This document shows, in pieces, positions 29,555 to 41,767 of a DNA stretch of 64,000 bases. The stretch is from an uncultured Gammaproteobacteria bacterium (lineage in GTDB: Bacteria > Pseudomonadota > Gammaproteobacteria > UBA9214): the NCBI GenBank assembly GCA_963827755.1, contig CAWHCQ010000037.1, forward strand, positions 1 to 64,000, written 5' to 3'. The stretch's first letter is position 1. Every line of letters begins with the position of its first letter. The translations under genes and the position numbers were made by a program. The notes under the pieces are model-generated. The model had not been told where the DNA came from and did no database searches. It worked only from the letters and a program-made list of their open reading frames with translations.

Positions 29555-30926
29555 TTAGTGTGGAGATTCAAAAGGAAGTTCAAAACCATGCGTATCGTGG
29601 CCGCTAACCGGCGTGACCGCCCTGTTGCTCGGTGCGATGATGGTAAAGCTGGCACCTTCACCGGCAGCCGGCGCCGCGACTACCTGGACAGGATCGCGAC
29701 CCTGTGCAAATACCGCAGAGCCCTGTATGGAGCCACTGTCCCCGGCTGGCGGTGCAACACTTGCCCATAGTGTCTCTGCCGGCTCTGCAATCGGATTGCT
29801 AATCGTCAAGGTATGTGAAACATTTACACTCAAACTGGAATAGGGCGCCGTGATTTTCAGGTTTGGGACGGGACCCTGCACAACTACCGCAGAGCCCTGT
29901 ATGGAGCCACTGTCCCCGGCTGGCGGCACCGCACCCGTCAGCAGTTCTTCTGCAGCTTTGGCGATTTGCTTGTGTACCGTCTTGGTGGGGTGTATGCCGT
30001 CCCAGAAAAAGTACCCCTTGGGCTTCTTGCAGATAGCACCTTTTTTGACTTCGGGTGTGATGCAGGCATCGACAACATTATCGAAGCCGAATGCTTCCGG
30101 CATGTTGATTGCCGCGGTCATGTAGCCAAATACATTCAAGCGGGTAATGTTAACCGGCGATGCCATTTCCAGCCCGGAGAGCGCAGCTTCGAGTCCCTGG
30201 TTGAAAAGAATTGACAACTGCATCCCCAGGTTTGCAGTGTCCGGTCCCAGCGCGGTGACGGCCGGCGCCAGGCCGACATTCGGTGCATTCGGTACCAGGA
30301 TATGCTGTGCGCCCAGCGAGGCCAGGATGGCGATTTGATCAGCAATAGCCGTCACAGATTCGGTCAGTATGATGCCAGCGGCTGTTTGCCCGGCTAAAAA
30401 CGCAGTAGCCGGGTTTCCGGTAGTGGCAAGAGCCTGCTGGAACGCGGCACCAAAGGCGACCAGGGCATCGCGTATATCATTACCACCGAAAAAAATCGCG
30501 TAGAGCGCGTCGCTGTCGGCCGTGTTTCCGGAGTTGGCAAGGTACGGCGCTGACCTGTGCGTCCAGGTCGAACGGGCCACCCGATGCGCGTGCGCGAGCA
30601 CCGCCGAAGGCATAGTTGGTATTTTTTGGTGATTTCAGCGCCGGTTTCATGCCGCCTTTCAGCTTCAGTGATTTTGAAAGGAGTTCCGACCAGGTTTTGC
30701 CGTTGGTGAAGTGATGTCCGCCTTTGGCGTACGGTGCGCTCGGGATATTACCGGCAGCAAACGGCGGCTTGCTGGATTGCCCGGTCAGTTCATATACATT
30801 CCCGGGGTCGGAGAGGCTGTCGCCGAAGACAATCATGTCGCTGTATTTGCTTGCGGCGTACGTTGTGGAAGCGGCCAGGATACACAGGCCTGCGAGTAAA
30901 ACGTGTATGGTTCGTGGAATTCTCAT
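29555..30926 (-). CDS. SGNH/GDSL hydrolase, frameshifted near 30550, with repetitive C-terminal extension
   Basis: Signal peptide; FGDSLSD; NYAFGGA; GGND; FWDGIHPT. Confidence 0.85.
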
Positions 30927-31235
30927 GGTCGGCGACCCCTCTTTATTAATTATATTTGTCGATCATTTTTCGAACAGGACATTTGATTGAAGTTAAAGAG
31001 TACTTGAATCCTCGAAGCCGTGTAAAGAAAACCGGATTCTGGTTGCGGTTTTTCGCTACTATAGCGTTGTTCTGCCTGCGCTGATCATGGGGAGACGACG
31101 CGCCAGTTTCTGCATTTCTGTTTGTGTTTTTATATAAAGAGAAACGGTTCGCTGTCGACTTATGAGCCGAGAGGATAAATATCAATACCAATCATTAATA
31201 CCGTACGACTCAATAGCGAACCCGCCGGGAGGCAT

Positions 31236-31937
31236 ATGTTACAAACATTCAGGCAAATACTGATCCTCGTGTTGCTCTTCGGACTGTGGGGCTGCGCCAC
31301 TGTTCAGCCACCGCCGATCGAGGTGCACGCCGGGCCGGGCAGCCTGCCGGAGGGGCAGGGCTGGTGGGCGGCGCGTTTTCGCATAGACCGGCCGAATGGC
31401 GATCCGGCGCGCTGGCATATCGGTGCGCTGCTGGGCGGTGAGGTGATTGCGCCGGTATTCGACAGCCATTACCGGGACATCCTGATCTGGCGTGTGCACC
31501 GGCGCGCGGGCGCAGACGATCACGGGCACGTGTTCAGCTTTATTTTCTACAGCACGCCGGCCGGGGCACAGCGCATCTACAATGAAATCGCGGTGAACCC
31601 TGTGCTGGCGCGGCTGCGGCAGGAGAAGACGATAACCTGGGTCGGGTTTGATGATGTGCACCGGATCAGCAAGCCCGATATCGAGGACACCAGCGACAGC
31701 CACTGGTCACCGCTGGTACAGAAAACCTGGCCGGCACTGATGATGGGGGCAAGTCGCATGTGGCTGGACATGGTCGGCGAACTTGCCGTGGCCCATGCCG
31801 ACGAGCCTGACCTGGAGCGACGCTATGAAATCGTGCAGCAGGATCTGGATAACATCTGGGCCGTCCAGGGGCAGCACGCAATGCTGCATCACCTGAGCGC
31901 ACTGTTTGCCTACGAACCCCTGCAGATACGCTACTGA
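31236..31937 (+). CDS. Hypothetical lipoprotein
   Basis: Lipobox LWGC; GGAGG ribosome-binding site; 233 aa. Confidence 0.7.
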   Translation: MLQTFRQILILVLLFGLWGCATVQPPPIEVHAGPGSLPEGQGWWAARFRIDRPNGDPARWHIGALLGGEVIAPVFDSHYRDILIWRVHRRAGADDHGHVFSFIFYSTPAGAQRIYNEIAVNPVLARLRQEKTITWVGFDDVHRISKPDIEDTSDSHWSPLVQKTWPALMMGASRMWLDMVGELAVAHADEPDLERRYEIVQQDLDNIWAVQGQHAMLHHLSALFAYEPLQIRY

Positions 31938-32011
31938 TTGTTAGCGGTTCACCCGGACAATGCAATACATGTACTGTTCACAGGCTTGCACTCAAATGCA
32001 TATTGACTTAA

Positions 32012-32869
<858 letters not shown>

Positions 32870-33302
32870 ACTCCTGCCGGTGACGTGCCGCAACGGGAGT
32901 GCTTGTGAACATCAGGCTGCAACTCCCGGGCAGGGTTATTCAGCTTAACCCGGCCTGTCCCGAGCGGCTGCGAATTCTCCACGGGGTGCCCGTTCGGGCA
33001 CATCAGGGTGCCGGGCATTTGACAGGTCGTGGCTTGCGCGCCGGCGGATCAGTTCGCGCTTGCCGGGCATTCAAACCGGGTGCCCGCCGGCAGGAAATCA
33101 GCGTCGCCGGCGCTGCCTGGAGGTTTTCGCCATGTTTAATAAGCGATTGAAATATATGCCAATATATGCTAAAAGTGAAGGTCATGCATAAATCTTCGGA
33201 CGAGGTCTCCGGTCGTGCCAAAGAAATTCACAAACTGGTCGATAACTTTAAGTTAATCTCATGTCAGGTGCCCATGAAAACGTGCTCTCAATACCGCAAA
33301 AC

Positions 33303-33868
33303 ATGAAGATTCAGAAAGGTTTCACCCTGGTTGAATTATTGATTGACGTTGACGGTCATTATTATTACTGGCGACGGTCAGCGCTCCGGCCTTGCGTTCC
33401 TTTATCCAGAACAACAAGGCGGTGACCGAGACCAACCAGCTGGTCACTGCCATGAATTTCGGCCGCTCCGAGGCCGTGAAGCGGCGTACTGCCGGTGGTG
33501 ATCTGTGCCCTCAATGCGGCCCAGGATGACTGCACCACGGGTACCGATCCCTGGGACACGAACGGCTGGATGGTGTTTGCCGACAGGAACAACGATGGTG
33601 CTTACACCAACAATGGTGATGCCACCCTGGCGGCTGGCGAGGATCTCCTGCTCAAGCAATGGAAGGAGATCAGGAACAAGCAGGATATTAATATCACCAC
33701 TGCACGAAAAAGCTTACCTATCTACAGACAGGCGCGCTCTCTGCGACTGCAGACGTTGGCATTAAAGTGAGTGTTGATGACAGTACCGATGCCGATCGCT
33801 GTGTCAGGGTTCTGACGACAGGGCGGGTCGAGTACGAAAAAATGCAAGGCGGGGTTACCTGTCCATGA
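33303..33868 (+). CDS. FimT/FimU-family minor pilin, several frameshifts
   Basis: MKIQKGFTLVELL prepilin motif; ARSEAVKR; GWMVFAD pieces in different frames. Confidence 0.75.
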
Positions 33869-33893
33869 ACGGCGTGAAAAGCAGTCCTGCAGG

Positions 33894-34503
33894 ATGCTGC
33901 CGCTGGCCGAAAAGCGGCAGCGTGGTCTGACGCTGATCGAGGTGCTGGTTACGCTGATTATTCTGTCCGTCGGGCTGCTCGGTCTTGCGGGGCTGCAGGG
34001 CGCTGCCAAGCGATCCAGTCACCAGGCCTACCAGCGGACGCTGGCAACGCAGCTGGTCGACGGGATTATCGAACGCATCCGCGCCAATCCGGCGGCTGCG
34101 GCGGGTTATCACACGGGAACGTCCAGCCCGCTTGGCGCAGCGAGCAAGGGAGACAGCGCGCCAAGCCCCAACTGCAGCAGCGGCAGCACCTGCACGTCTG
34201 CCCAGCTGGCCACCTACGACCTCTGGTCCTGGGAGCAGGCCATCGATGGCGCGGCGATTACCAACATTGACAGTTCCAAGGCAGGCGGGCTGATCAGCCC
34301 CAGGGGCTGCATCGTGCTGGCGGCAGATGCCGGGAAAATCAATACCGGCCAGTTGTCGGTCATCCTCAGCTGGCAAGGGCTTACTGAATTGTCCGATGCG
34401 GTCGAGGCGGGCGGTACCGTCTGCGGGAGCGGGGCGGCGAACAGCAATACCCGGCGGCGTCAGATCCGTGGTCAACACCTACATTATCGATGAGGCGGAG
34501 TGA
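33894..34503 (+). CDS. pilV: Type IV pilus modification protein PilV
   Basis: QRGLTLIEVLVTLIILSVGLLGLAGLQ; IIERIRAN; LATYDLWSW; likely frameshift near the end. Confidence 0.85.
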
Positions 34504-34506
34504 CCC

Positions 34507-35475
34507 ATGAAGACCGTTTCATCCAGACGCTGTTCCGGTTTCACGCTTGTCGAGCTGATGATTGCGCTGCTTATCAGCACGCTGCTGACCGGCGCCGTCA
34601 TCTACCTGTTCATCGGCTCAAACAAGTCCTACAAGCAGCTGAATCGTTCCGCGCGGATGCAGGAAGATACCAGCTTTGCGCTGCATACCCTGAAGCATGA
34701 CCTGCACCTGGCCGGGTTTTTCGGCACGGTGCGGCAGTACGATATCGCGCTGGATGGCTCGCTGGGAACCGTCAGCGGTGACTGCAGCGGTGATGCAGCG
34801 GCCTACGATTTCAACATCACGGTGGCGGCGACGCAAAGCGATGGTTCGGGCGCCGCCTATGGCTGTATTTCCGATGCCCTGCCCGCAACATCTGTGCTGG
34901 TCATCAAGCATACCCGCGCCGCACCGATTGCACCGGGCTCCGTGGATAGCAAAAAGACTTACCTGCTGGCCAACCATGAAGTCGGGGTACTTTACGACGG
35001 CGCCGATACCGCACCCACCAGCGTGGTGCCGGATGGCAGGGCCTGGGAATACCTGGCACATGCCTATTACATTCAGAAAGGCGCGGCTGCCGGCGACCCG
35101 CCGTCATTGAGCCGCAAAACCCTGCGCTGGAACGGCAGCGCGATGGCCATGCAAACAGAAGCGATGATATCCGGGGTCGAGGAGATGCGCCTGCTGTTTG
35201 GTGTCGACAGCGACGCCGATGGAAATCTTGATTCCTTTCTCGATGCGGCTACCATCAACGCATCGACAAGCTACGACTGGAATGATGTCAGCGCAGTGCA
35301 GATCTACCTGCTGGTCAGGACCGATGAAGAGGACCAGGCCTACACGGATTCACAAACCTATAACCTCGGGACAGGGGCGCCGGTGGTCAAGCCCGGTGAC
35401 AAGTTTCACCGCACCGTGATCAATACCACGATCTCGCTGCGCAATCCCCAGTTCCTCATTCGGGATGAATTATGA
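34507..35475 (+). CDS. pilW: PilW-family minor pilin
   Basis: GFTLVELMIAL; DLHLAGF; GVEEMRLLFGVD; TISLRN. Confidence 0.88.
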   Translation: MKTVSSRRCSGFTLVELMIALLISTLLTGAVIYLFIGSNKSYKQLNRSARMQEDTSFALHTLKHDLHLAGFFGTVRQYDIALDGSLGTVSGDCSGDAAAYDFNITVAATQSDGSGAAYGCISDALPATSVLVIKHTRAAPIAPGSVDSKKTYLLANHEVGVLYDGADTAPTSVVPDGRAWEYLAHAYYIQKGAAAGDPPSLSRKTLRWNGSAMAMQTEAMISGVEEMRLLFGVDSDADGNLDSFLDAATINASTSYDWNDVSAVQIYLLVRTDEEDQAYTDSQTYNLGTGAPVVKPGDKFHRTVINTTISLRNPQFLIRDEL

Positions 35476-35927
35476 TGCCTTGCAGAGCCTGCAAACGTGA
35501 GACAGGGGCGGTGCTGCTGGTATCGCTGTTGCTGTTGCTGATCCTGTCGATCATCGGTGTGGCGGGCATGTCCACCAGCATTTTTGGTCTGCGCATGGCG
35601 GGCAATTTGCAGAGTATGTACGACTCCTTTCAACTGGCAGACGCGGGCCGTGCGGCGGCCATGTCGGATGCCGGCAGTTTTAATGGCGGCGACCAGGCCG
35701 ATATCTTCGCCGGCAGTGATGCCATCGACACGTATATCGTGGCAGAGGTGAACGTGGTACGGCTGCTGCCTGACGTGGAGCTTGAGTGCCCGAGAAGTCC
35801 CGCTGCATCGAGTGTCGGTTTTATCGCCTGCGAGTTCTACACCATCGACAGCGAACACGATGATGCAGTCAGCGGTGCGCGTTCAAAAGTATTTGAAGGG
35901 GCCGCGAAAGAAATACTGGCCAAATAG
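35472..35927 (+). CDS. pilX: PilX-family minor pilin
   Basis: GAVLLVSLLLLLILSIIGVAGM..RMAGN..FQLADAG. Confidence 0.82.
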   Translation: MMPCRACKRETGAVLLVSLLLLLILSIIGVAGMSTSIFGLRMAGNLQSMYDSFQLADAGRAAAMSDAGSFNGGDQADIFAGSDAIDTYIVAEVNVVRLLPDVELECPRSPAASSVGFIACEFYTIDSEHDDAVSGARSKVFEGAAKEILAK

Positions 35928-36026
35928 ATGCCTGTTGAGCTTGCCTGGCGTGTGGATCGCAAGGTTCTGCCAGCAGGGATCAGCGAGTAACCTGTTATGA
36001 GTAAATGGATTAGCGAGGAACGAGCC

Positions 36027-39000
36027 ATGCATGCCATGAGTAAAATGATCGGATTTGTTGCAACTGTCCTGCTGTTGCTTGCGGGAAGCCAGGCCGTGCA
36101 GGCGGATGACACGGAGATCTTCCTCAGCCAGTACCTGCTGGGTGCAAACGCAAGCTCGAAACCGAAGGTGCTGATTATCTTCGATAACTCGGGGAGCATG
36201 GACACCATAGTTTTGGGCGAGCCGGCCCCCTATGACCCAACGGTCACCTACCCGGATTTCGGCGATATCCAGGCCGGCCGCATCTACTGGTCTGACAATT
36301 CCGGTCCGCCCGAGGACGATTCAGACCAATGGTTTACAGCGACAAGGAACCGCTGTGCGGAATCCTTCACGCCCCTGGAAAACATCGGGTATTACCAGGA
36401 CAACGTGATGAGGTGGAAAACCGACAAAAATCCCAGTAAGAGTAAATGGGACAAGCTCAATAACAAGTGAGAACGATCCGCCCCACGTGGACTGCAAGGC
36501 GGACGTGAGCAACGGCAATGCGGACAATGGTACGGGCCAGGCTGACGGTTATCCCAGCAATGGCGCCTCCGGCCCCTATGCAGCAATCTTTGACACCAAC
36601 ATCGATTTTGATGATTCCTACATCCTCTACAGTTCCAATTGGCTGAACTGGCACTGGCGGGACCAGGTACCGATTGACCCCGGTCGCGCATCGAAATCGC
36701 CAGGGATGTCGTGACCGACCTGATCGATAGCAACCCGGGGGTCGATTTCGGCCTGATGGTATTCAATGATAACGAAGCTCTGCAGCCGCTATAACGGCGG
36801 CCGGGTTATTCGGCGCCTGATTCCCAATATGACGCTACCGAGCGGACCAGCCTGACGACGCTGGTGGATGGCCTGGATGACGGATACAGCTGGACACCGC
36901 TGTGCGAGACGTACTATGAGGCCTACCACTACCTGGCAGGCGATGAGGTGTTCTATGGCGACGATGAGACCGCTGCAGACGCCTGCCAGGGACCTGCTGG
37001 CCGAGGACGCCGGCGTCTACAAATCACCCCTGCAATTCTGCCAGTACACCTACGTCATCCTCATGACAGACGGGGCAGCCGACCCGTGACACCGCGGCCA
37101 ATACCGCCATCGAGATGCTGACGGGAAAGACCTGCAACACCTACCCTGACGGTAATGGGGACAACTCGAAAAACTGCCTGCCGGAACTTGCCGAATACCT
37201 CAACAAAACAGACCTCGATGGCGATGACAGCAACGGCAAGCAGCGGGTGCTGACCTACACGATCGGCTTCGCAACCGACCAGGACTTGCTCGAGGATACG
37301 GCAAAGAAGGGGGGTGGCAAGTACTACACGGCCAACACGACCCAGGAGCTTACGCGAATCTTTCCAGGGGGCCATCCTTGAGATCCTCGAAATCACCACC
37401 TCCTTCGCTGCACCCGCGGTTGCGGTGGACAGCTTCAACCGTACCCGCAGCCGGGATGATCTCCTGCTGGCGATGTTCGAACCCAGGGCGAACGTGCGCT
37501 GGCCGGGCAATATCAAGAAGCTGAAGGTGCATGTGGATGTGACCAGCGGAGATTCCGAGCTGCGGGATGCGAACGGTGTGGCCGCGATTGACAGTAAAAC
37601 CGGCCAGATACTTGAAACGGCGCAGACCTTCTGGAGCACGGTTGCGGATGGCCCGTTTGCGGAGAAGGGCGGCGCCGGCGCACTGCTGGCTGCCAGGGAC
37701 CCGGCCACCCGGACCATCAAGACCAATACGGGGCCCTCGGGCGCCCTGGAGGATTTCAACAGCGCCAAGTGAACCTGCAAGCTACGGGCTCGCCAACCGA
37801 TGCCGCACTGTTCAGCCTCTTCGGCGTGGCGAACCAGGCGGAACTGAACGCTTGATCAGCTGGGCCTCGGGTGTCGATGTCGAGGATGAGGACGGCGATG
37901 GCAGCAGCACCGATACCCGTCCGTGGATCCTGGGCGATATGCTGCACTCCGCCCCGCTGACCATCAACTACGGTGCGCTGGGATCCTTCACCCAGGCCAA
38001 TCCGGATCTGCGCCTCGTGGTCGGTACGAATGCGGGTTTCCTGCACATGTTCGGGACGAGTGACGGTGTCGAGGACTGGGCCTTCTTCCCGAAGGAACTG
38101 GCCCCGGTGCTGGCCAAGCGGCTGGATAACCAGGTCAGCAACAAGCATGTCTACGGCATCGATGCCACGCCGGTGGCCTATATCAAGGACGTCAATAATG
38201 ACGGCACGATTTCGGCGGCAGCCGGGGACAAGGTCTTTGTCTATGTCGGCCTGCGCCGGGGCGGGCGTGCCTACTATGCCCTGGACCTTTCGGTGCCCGA
38301 CTCACCCAAATTCAAATGGATGATCGACAACAATACTACCGGCTTCTCCGAGCTGGGCCAGAGCTGGTCTGAACCGGTGATCACTACCGTCGCGGGCTAT
38401 GTCGATGGTGCCGGCAAGTCATCCCAAACCGGTGGTCATCTTCGGCGGCGGCTTTGATGCCGCAAACAAGGATACAGCCGGCCCTGCCACACCCGACAGC
38501 ATGGGGCGCGCCATCTATGTCGTGGATGCGGACACCGGTGCGCTGGTGTGGAGTGTTTCGCCGGCGGCAAGTCCCGGCAGCCTGCAGGAGACCGGGCTGG
38601 AGCATGGTATCGCGGCGCGACTCGTCACCCTGGACAGCGATGCTGACGGACACAGCGATCGCATCTATGCTGCCGACACCGGCGGCAATGTATGGCGGGT
38701 CGACCTGGCAGGTGCCGACAGGAGCAAATGGAGTATTGTCAAGCTGGCCGCATTCAATGGTGGCAATGCCGCGAATGACCGCCGCTTCTTCAACACGCCG
38801 GACATCGTCAGGGCGCGGCGCGGCAGCATCATCTTCGACGCGGTGCTGATTGGCAGCGGTGAGCGCAATAACCCGACGGCAACGGATGTAACCAACCGCT
38901 TCTATATGATCCAGGACCTGCAGACCACGCCGTATTACACGGCACGGCCGACGACAGCCGCGTGCTCCGGGGGATCCAAAGACTTCAGGTGCAAGCTGCC

Positions 39001-39520
39001 GCTCGACGAGACCGATTTGTACGATGCAACGGAGAACCTGGTACAGGAAGGGGATGCGGACGAGGTGTCAACGGCACAGGGTGATCTCTACTCGAAGTCA
39101 GGCTGGTATATCACCCTGGAGAAGACCGGTGAGAAGAGTCTTGCCTCGTCGATTACCGTTGGCGGCAATGTGCTGTTCACGACCTTCTCCCCGGAGACGG
39201 CCAACAAGGATCTCTGCGTACCGCAACCGGGGCAGGGCTACCTGTATGCGGTCAGTCTGCTGAATGCCTCCGCCGTCTTTGACTTCAGCGGGAAGGGGGC
39301 CACAGACCTGGAGAAGGCCGACCGGGTGGCACAAATGGGAACGATGATCCTGAACACCCCGACGCCACATGTAGGCCCGGATGGAAAAATACGCCTGATC
39401 TTCCCCGCCGGTGGTACATCTGCTGGCGATAAAACGAAGGCGCTGGAGGGCTCGATCTTCGATACCCAGACCAGTCTCTCCGGTGCGAAGGGCGTCTACT
39501 GGTACCAGGAGGAATACTGA
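36027..39520 (+). CDS. pilY1: PilY1/PilC tip adhesin with vWA domain, many frameshifts
   Basis: DDTEIF; IIFDNSGSM; TYTIGF; LGDMLHSAP; GTNAGFLHMF; GLRRGGRAYYALD; LGQSWSEP; IYAADTGGNVWRVDL across at least five frame segments. Confidence 0.85.
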
Positions 39521-39536
39521 TGCCGGCCGCCATACG

Positions 39537-39998
39537 ATGCCCGGGCGGGCAGGGCGTGCGAGCGGCGATGCTGCTGCCTTGCGCCCGCATTCGGGTTTCA
39601 CCCTGATAGAACTGGTCATCGTCATCACGATTATCGGTCTCATTGCAGCGATAGCCTATCCATCCTATCTCTCGCAGGTGATGAAGTCGCGCCGCTCGGA
39701 TGCCACCAGCTCGCTGATGAACGCGGTGAGTAACCAGGAGCAGTACCTGCTCGACCACAAGCAGTATACCAATGACATGACCCTGCTTGGATATGATGCA
39801 AACCCGTACATTACACCCGAGGGCATGTACTCGATTGCGGTGGCAATCACGGGTTGCGGGGTCTCGCCCTGCTACAAGTTCACGGCCACGCCCGTCAGCG
39901 GCAAGCCCCAGGCCGGTGATGCGAAGTGCGCCTCGTTCATTATCGATTCTACGGGAGCCAAAACGGCGACCGGTTCGACGCCGAACAAGTGCTGGTAA
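39537..39998 (+). CDS. pilE: PilE-family minor pilin
   Basis: GFTLIELVIVITIIGLIAAIAYPSY..KSRRSDA; terminal CW. Confidence 0.88.
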   Translation: MPGRAGRASGDAAALRPHSGFTLIELVIVITIIGLIAAIAYPSYLSQVMKSRRSDATSSLMNAVSNQEQYLLDHKQYTNDMTLLGYDANPYITPEGMYSIAVAITGCGVSPCYKFTATPVSGKPQAGDAKCASFIIDSTGAKTATGSTPNKCW

Positions 39999-40137
39999 CG
40001 AACAGGCAGGCGATGATGTGTTGTGACCGGGGCAAACAAGCCAGGCTTTTTATCCGCCGAACGCGATTTCGCGCCGGGGGTCGGGCTGCCTGTCCGCAAT
40101 GGCAGGTAATTAATTGTTGCAAACGAAGGAGTGACAT

Positions 40138-40452
40138 ATGAACAAGCAAAATCGCAGCGCGGGTCGCCTGGCGCTGATTGTGACGGGGTGTGTGCTTTCC
40201 CTGGCGGCGCAGAATGCCGCTGCCGAAGCGACCTTTGCCTGTCACGTGCTGACGAAGGATGACCGCCCGGGTGTGGTCTTTGTACAAACCGATGCAAAAG
40301 CGAAGGCGCAACAGGTCGCGCTGGGCGCCAGGGTTGACGCCGGCAGGCGTGCAAAAGAACCGGTGGTAAAGGTCGTGGAGTGCATCAATTACCCGCAAGG
40401 GCGCTTTTCCGATTACGTCATGCAGACGCATCTTAAAAAAATCCCGCGCTGA
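40138..40452 (+). CDS. Small secreted protein, TapY2-like
   Basis: Signal peptide; ACHV..VVEC..F..PR pattern; follows the minor pilin cluster. Confidence 0.6.
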   Translation: MNKQNRSAGRLALIVTGCVLSLAAQNAAAEATFACHVLTKDDRPGVVFVQTDAKAKAQQVALGARVDAGRRAKEPVVKVVECINYPQGRFSDYVMQTHLKKIPR

Positions 40453-40570
40453 CTATCCAGCTCGCTGCGGGGCGTGCCGGGCCGGGAGACGGCGGCCCGC
40501 CAGGTAGACAGCTCCAGACCCCGTCCAGTATAATCCGCGCAAGTTCAGGCAGTACAATCCAGTAATCCAT

Positions 40571-40603
40571 AAACGGGACGGTTCCTCGGAACCCTCCCGT
40601 TTT
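40571..40603 (+). promoter_or_regulatory. carA leader terminator/attenuator hairpin
   Basis: AAACGGGACGGTTCC-TC-GGAACCCTCCCGTTTT between a TATAAT near 40529 and carA. Confidence 0.6.
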
Positions 40604-40626
40604 CTACGTCCGACGCGGAGGTCCTG

Positions 40627-41764
40627 TTGAAGAAAGCGGCCCTGTTGGCCCTGGCAGACGGAAGTTTATTCCGTGGCACCGCTATTGGTATTGAAGGACA
40701 GGTAAGCGGCGAGGTGGTCTTCAATACCGCCATGACCGGTTACCAGGAGATCCTCACCGATCCCTCCTACGCAAAACAGATCGTCACCCTGACCTATCCC
40801 CACATCGGCAATGTCGGCACCAACACCGAAGACGAAGAGGCCGCCGCGGTTCATTGCGCCGGGCTGGTGATCCGCGACCTGCCGGTGCTGCTGAGTAACT
40901 GGCGCAGCGAGGCGTCCCTGCAGGATTACCTGACAGAGAACAGGGTTGTCGGCATTGCCGATATCGATACCCGGCGCCTGACGCGCATCCTGCGCGAGAA
41001 GGGCGCACAGGGCGGCTGCCTGGTGGCCGCTGACAGCATTGATGAGGCCGCCGCCCTGGCCGTGGCGCAGGGATTTCCCGGGCTCGAGGGCATGGACCTG
41101 GCAAGGGAAGTGACCACGCGCGAGGCCTATGACTGGCAGCAGGGCAGCTGGTCGCTGGCAGGCGGGCTTGCCCGCGGATGCGCCTGCCGGAGCACTTCCC
41201 CGTCACGTGGTCGCCTACGATTTTGGCGTGAAACGCAATATCCTGCGCCTGCTCGCCGACCGCGGCTGTCGCATTACCGTGGTGCCCGCACAAACCCCGG
41301 CCAGCGAGGTGCTCGCACTGCAGCCGGACGGTATTTTTCTGTCCAACGGCCCGGGTGATCCCGAGCCCTGTGACTATGCGATCAGTGCGATTCGGGAATT
41401 GCTTGGCAGCGGTATCCCGCTGTTCGGTATTTGCCTGGGACACCAGTTACTGGCACTGGCCAGCGGTGCAGGCACGCTGAAGATGAAGTTCGGCCATCAC
41501 GGCGCGAATCACCCGGTGCAGGACCTCGACACCGGTCGCGTGATGATTACCAGCCAGAATCACGGTTTTGCCGTCGATGAAAAGAGCCTGCCCGCGACTC
41601 TCAAGGCCACCCATCGGTCGCTGTTTGATGGTTCCCTGCAGGGCATCGAGCGCACCGATTGCGCCGCCTTCAGTTTCCAGGGACACCCGGAAGCCAGCCC
41701 GGGGCCGCATGACGTGGCGCCCCTGTTTGACCGGTTTATCGGCATGATGGAAAAGGCCGGGTAA
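40627..41764 (+). CDS. carA: Carbamoyl-phosphate synthase small chain, frameshift near 41170
   Basis: [21 protein letters not shown]; then [15 protein letters not shown] and [11 protein letters not shown] in a second frame. Confidence 0.95.
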
Positions 41765-41767
41765 GCA

